The translations under genes and the position numbers were made by a program. From a virus: a stretch of 64,000 bases of DNA. The stretch is from the IMG/VR virus record IMGVR_UViG_3300017613_002395. The stretch is one strand, 5' to 3'. Below are positions 61,734-64,000 of this stretch, piece by piece. The notes under the pieces are model-generated. The model saw nothing but the letters and a program-made list of their open reading frames with translations, made no database searches and was not told the DNA's origin. Position 1 is the first letter of the stretch, and the number at the start of each line of letters is the position of its first letter.

Positions 61734-62024
61734 ATGCACAAGTCGGCAAAAGTCCGTGGGCGAGTCAAGTACACCCATGTCCAATATGGTCGGGGGGCCA
61801 ATAACGCCGTCGAAGTTGCTTTGCAAACAATCGACATGCTGCAGTTGCCACCAGAAACTTCGATGGACTTGATCCGCTTGTTTGGGCGCGTCATGAAGGA
61901 ACGGTTGGCCCTGGAAACTGGCATCAACAAGCTCCGGGAGGATTGGGTCACCCGTGCCATAAACGAGGCTCTCATAGAATTGAACAAGGGCAAACAGAAT
62001 GGACGGCCGGAAATGGTCGGATGA
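61734..62024 (+). CDS. hypothetical protein
   Basis: 96 aa. Overlaps the next ORF by 26 nt. Confidence 0.4.
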   Translation: MHKSAKVRGRVKYTHVQYGRGANNAVEVALQTIDMLQLPPETSMDLIRLFGRVMKERLALETGINKLREDWVTRAINEALIELNKGKQNGRPEMVG

Positions 62025-63051
62025 TCGATTCGACGCTCTGATTACAAATCTGATCAGCCATGCAGGGTGGTTCCCGGTGCATCGAGCACTTGTCGAGCAG
62101 GTTGGTATGGAAGCAGCCTGCATTCTCCACTATCTGATCAACTATTACAGTCGGATCAGGGGATCAATAAGTAGCAAAGCGGATGAGGGCTGGTTCTTTT
62201 GTACTGCTCAGAAAATGGAGCAGGAGCTGTCTATTACGGGCAAGATGCAAACCCGATTGCTCAATCATTTAGCTGATGAGGATTGTCCCCTTATCAGATT
62301 TCGGCGAATGAAAATGCCAGCTCGACGTTATGTGCAGATCAACACAGAATTGGTAGCTCAGATCATTGCGGATTGGGACAAGAAGAACCCCGGTGGCGCC
62401 CGAAAGGGGTCGACCGGTGACGCCCGAAAGGGGTCGACCGGTGACGCCCGAAACGGCGCGACCGGTGACGCCCGAAACGGCGCGACCGGTGGCGCCCGAA
62501 AGGGGTCGATATATAGTAAGAAGAAACAGAGTAAGAAGAAAACTGCAGAGCAGCGGGGCCGAAAACGGCCCCGACCTGCCGGTTTGATTTGTGATGAGTG
62601 GGACGAACAAGCAGGGGGACATCTTCGAGAGGCTTTGGTACTCCTCGATTCGGATCTGATGCATGGAACGAAAGGGAAAAATCCTGTCTCAATTCAATCC
62701 CTCGCAAAGAGCATCTGCCGCATTCGCACAGAGCGAAAGGTTGAAAAATCAGAAATCAAAACAATCATCGTTTGGCTGAAGGCCCACGGCAATGATCAGT
62801 ATGTTCCAAGAATCAGGCGCAGTGATGATCTGTTTTTGAAGTGGACAGCAATCCGAGATGCTAAACTGAATTGGGATCGTGAGCACGAATCTGGCAACGG
62901 TGCTCATGTGAGAAGCGGGGTTGATATTGATGAGCTGAGGTCCAGGTATTTTAACAAGCATGGGCCTGGAGCCGTGCTGCAGAGCCGGGTGGATGCTATT
63001 TTGGTATCGATGGGCTTGGAGCCCGGAACAGTTGATCGGGGGATTCTGTGA
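61999..63051 (+). CDS. replication initiator-like protein (winged-helix N-domain) containing octapeptide/24-bp repeats
   Basis: N-terminal GWFPVHRALVEQVGMEAACILHYLINYY...TAQKMEQELSITGKMQTRLLNHLADE. Sits directly upstream of the DnaB-like helicase. Confidence 0.45.
   Translation: MDGRKWSDDRFDALITNLISHAGWFPVHRALVEQVGMEAACILHYLINYYSRIRGSISSKADEGWFFCTAQKMEQELSITGKMQTRLLNHLADEDCPLIRFRRMKMPARRYVQINTELVAQIIADWDKKNPGGARKGSTGDARKGSTGDARNGATGDARNGATGGARKGSIYSKKKQSKKKTAEQRGRKRPRPAGLICDEWDEQAGGHLREALVLLDSDLMHGTKGKNPVSIQSLAKSICRIRTERKVEKSEIKTIIVWLKAHGNDQYVPRIRRSDDLFLKWTAIRDAKLNWDREHESGNGAHVRSGVDIDELRSRYFNKHGPGAVLQSRVDAILVSMGLEPGTVDRGIL
62391..62510 (+). repeat. five tandem 24-bp iteron-like repeats (candidate origin)
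   Basis: cggtgRcgcccgaaa(ggggt/cggcg)cgaY x5, contiguous, followed by the AT-rich atatatagtaagaagaaacagagtaagaagaaaa. Confidence 0.6.
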
Positions 63052-64000
63052 AGGTTAAGAAGGCCACGGAAGGATCTGATATCAGGCGGGTGCTTGGTTC
63101 GATGGTAGCAGATCCGGTTGTATGTGCCCGTGTGTCTTCGCATTGGGACGTCGGGGGGCTGTTTTCAGGGTCGTGTGAGAATCGACTGGCATCTTGGTGT
63201 GTGCAGCACTTCCGCTCGTATGATAATCCAATAGGAGCTGATCTGGAGTCCCGGTTCGACGAATGGGCAGTCACCAGAAATGGGGATGGTGAGGTCCAGT
63301 TGATGGAAAAGCTGATTCGACATGTGATGTCGGATTATGAAAAGTTGGGGGATGGGGGATCACAGGAATATGTGCTGGACATAGCAGGCCGGCTGTTCAA
63401 TCAGGTCCGCATGGAGAAGCTCATCCGTCAGGTTGAGGCCGATCTGGACAGAAGGCATGTGGTGGATGCTCATGATAAGCTGGCCAGGTATTCTAGGTTG
63501 GAATTGGGTACAGGGAGCATCATCAGGCCAGGATCTGATTTTGAGTGCTGGCAGGATTCGTTTGATCATTCCGATAACAACGTCTTGATCCGGTATCCGG
63601 GGGCCCTTGGCCAATTCGTGGAGGATGAGCTGTCACGGGATTCGTTCGTTGCATTCCTTGGCACAGCGAAGGTGGGGAAAACCTGGTGGCTGATTGATCT
63701 GGCTTATCGAGCTGTGAGACGCCGCAAGCGGGTGGTGTATTGCGAGGCCGGCGACCTGAGCAAGCGGCAGATACTTCGACGGTTGGGGCAGAGATGTCTG
63801 CGTCGTCCTACTAGGGGTGGGGTGTATGTGCGCCCCGTGAGCTTCGGGACAAGAGATGATTTGGTAACCGAAGAGGTTAGTTACCAGGCAATCACAGCAC
63901 AAGACTGCTTCCATGGTTGGCGCAAGGTCACGGCAGGAAAAGATCGTTTCCGGCTGTTGTGCTTCCCGAACAGTAGCCTGACTGTGGACATGATAAGCAG
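63048..64000 (+). CDS. DnaB-like replicative helicase (partial, runs off the window)
   Basis: GTGA junction (alternative ATG at 63102). Walker A FLGTAKVGKTWWLIDLA. Open to the window end. Confidence 0.55.
   Translation, partial: MKVKKATEGSDIRRVLGSMVADPVVCARVSSHWDVGGLFSGSCENRLASWCVQHFRSYDNPIGADLESRFDEWAVTRNGDGEVQLMEKLIRHVMSDYEKLGDGGSQEYVLDIAGRLFNQVRMEKLIRQVEADLDRRHVVDAHDKLARYSRLELGTGSIIRPGSDFECWQDSFDHSDNNVLIRYPGALGQFVEDELSRDSFVAFLGTAKVGKTWWLIDLAYRAVRRRKRVVYCEAGDLSKRQILRRLGQRCLRRPTRGGVYVRPVSFGTRDDLVTEEVSYQAITAQDCFHGWRKVTAGKDRFRLLCFPNSSLTVDMIS

Noticed and set aside
62391-62510. Regular 24-bp repeats, considered as a possible CRISPR array.
   Set aside because: The repeats are contiguous with no spacers, lie in frame within a coding sequence, and no cas genes are present. 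They fit iterons or a tandem repeat, not CRISPR.

Overview
The window reads as one contiguous segment of a tailed phage or prophage genome (HK97-fold, siphovirus-like layout). Almost all genes are on the plus strand, tightly packed, with many ATGA/GTGA coupled junctions. Order of modules: (1) packaging genes (candidate small terminase, large terminase); (2) accessory genes (two papain-fold peptidases, a methyltransferase, a secreted protein); (3) a GC-rich block ending in a LamG fibre-like protein; (4) connector proteins, portal, and two polyvalent virion proteins including MuF; (5) prohead protease-scaffold, major capsid, tail tube, G/GT chaperone with a -1 frameshift, tape measure and two distal tail proteins; (6) an ~11 kb glycan-modification island with a Maf/DUF115-like enzyme, other glycosyltransferases, a KdsB-like cytidylyltransferase, 4-5 sulfotransferases and 3 methyltransferases; (7) an early/replication region with an XRE repressor, five near-identical promoter-operator-leader cassettes, DUF932, a sigma-like factor, an SNF2 helicase, a primase, an initiator with in-gene iterons and a DnaB-like helicase cut by the window end. 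I saw no rRNA, tRNA, CRISPR array, integrase or recognisable endolysin. The most interesting points are: (a) an intein in the conserved NCxCT motif of MuF whose homing endonuclease is encoded on the opposite strand, codon-for-codon antisense to the intein frame; (b) Ser-rich SSISTSS tracts in four virion proteins next to the glycosylation/sulfation island, which suggests a sulfated, mucin-like virion glycan coat; (c) a ~100-nt KFNP(Y/H)HGxDGRF...GGGAGG linker repeated between the domains of the polyvalent proteins and at the protease C-terminus; (d) the early promoter cassettes, each with a palindromic operator and a 5'-proximal AUG. All functional calls come from motifs read by eye. No searches were run.
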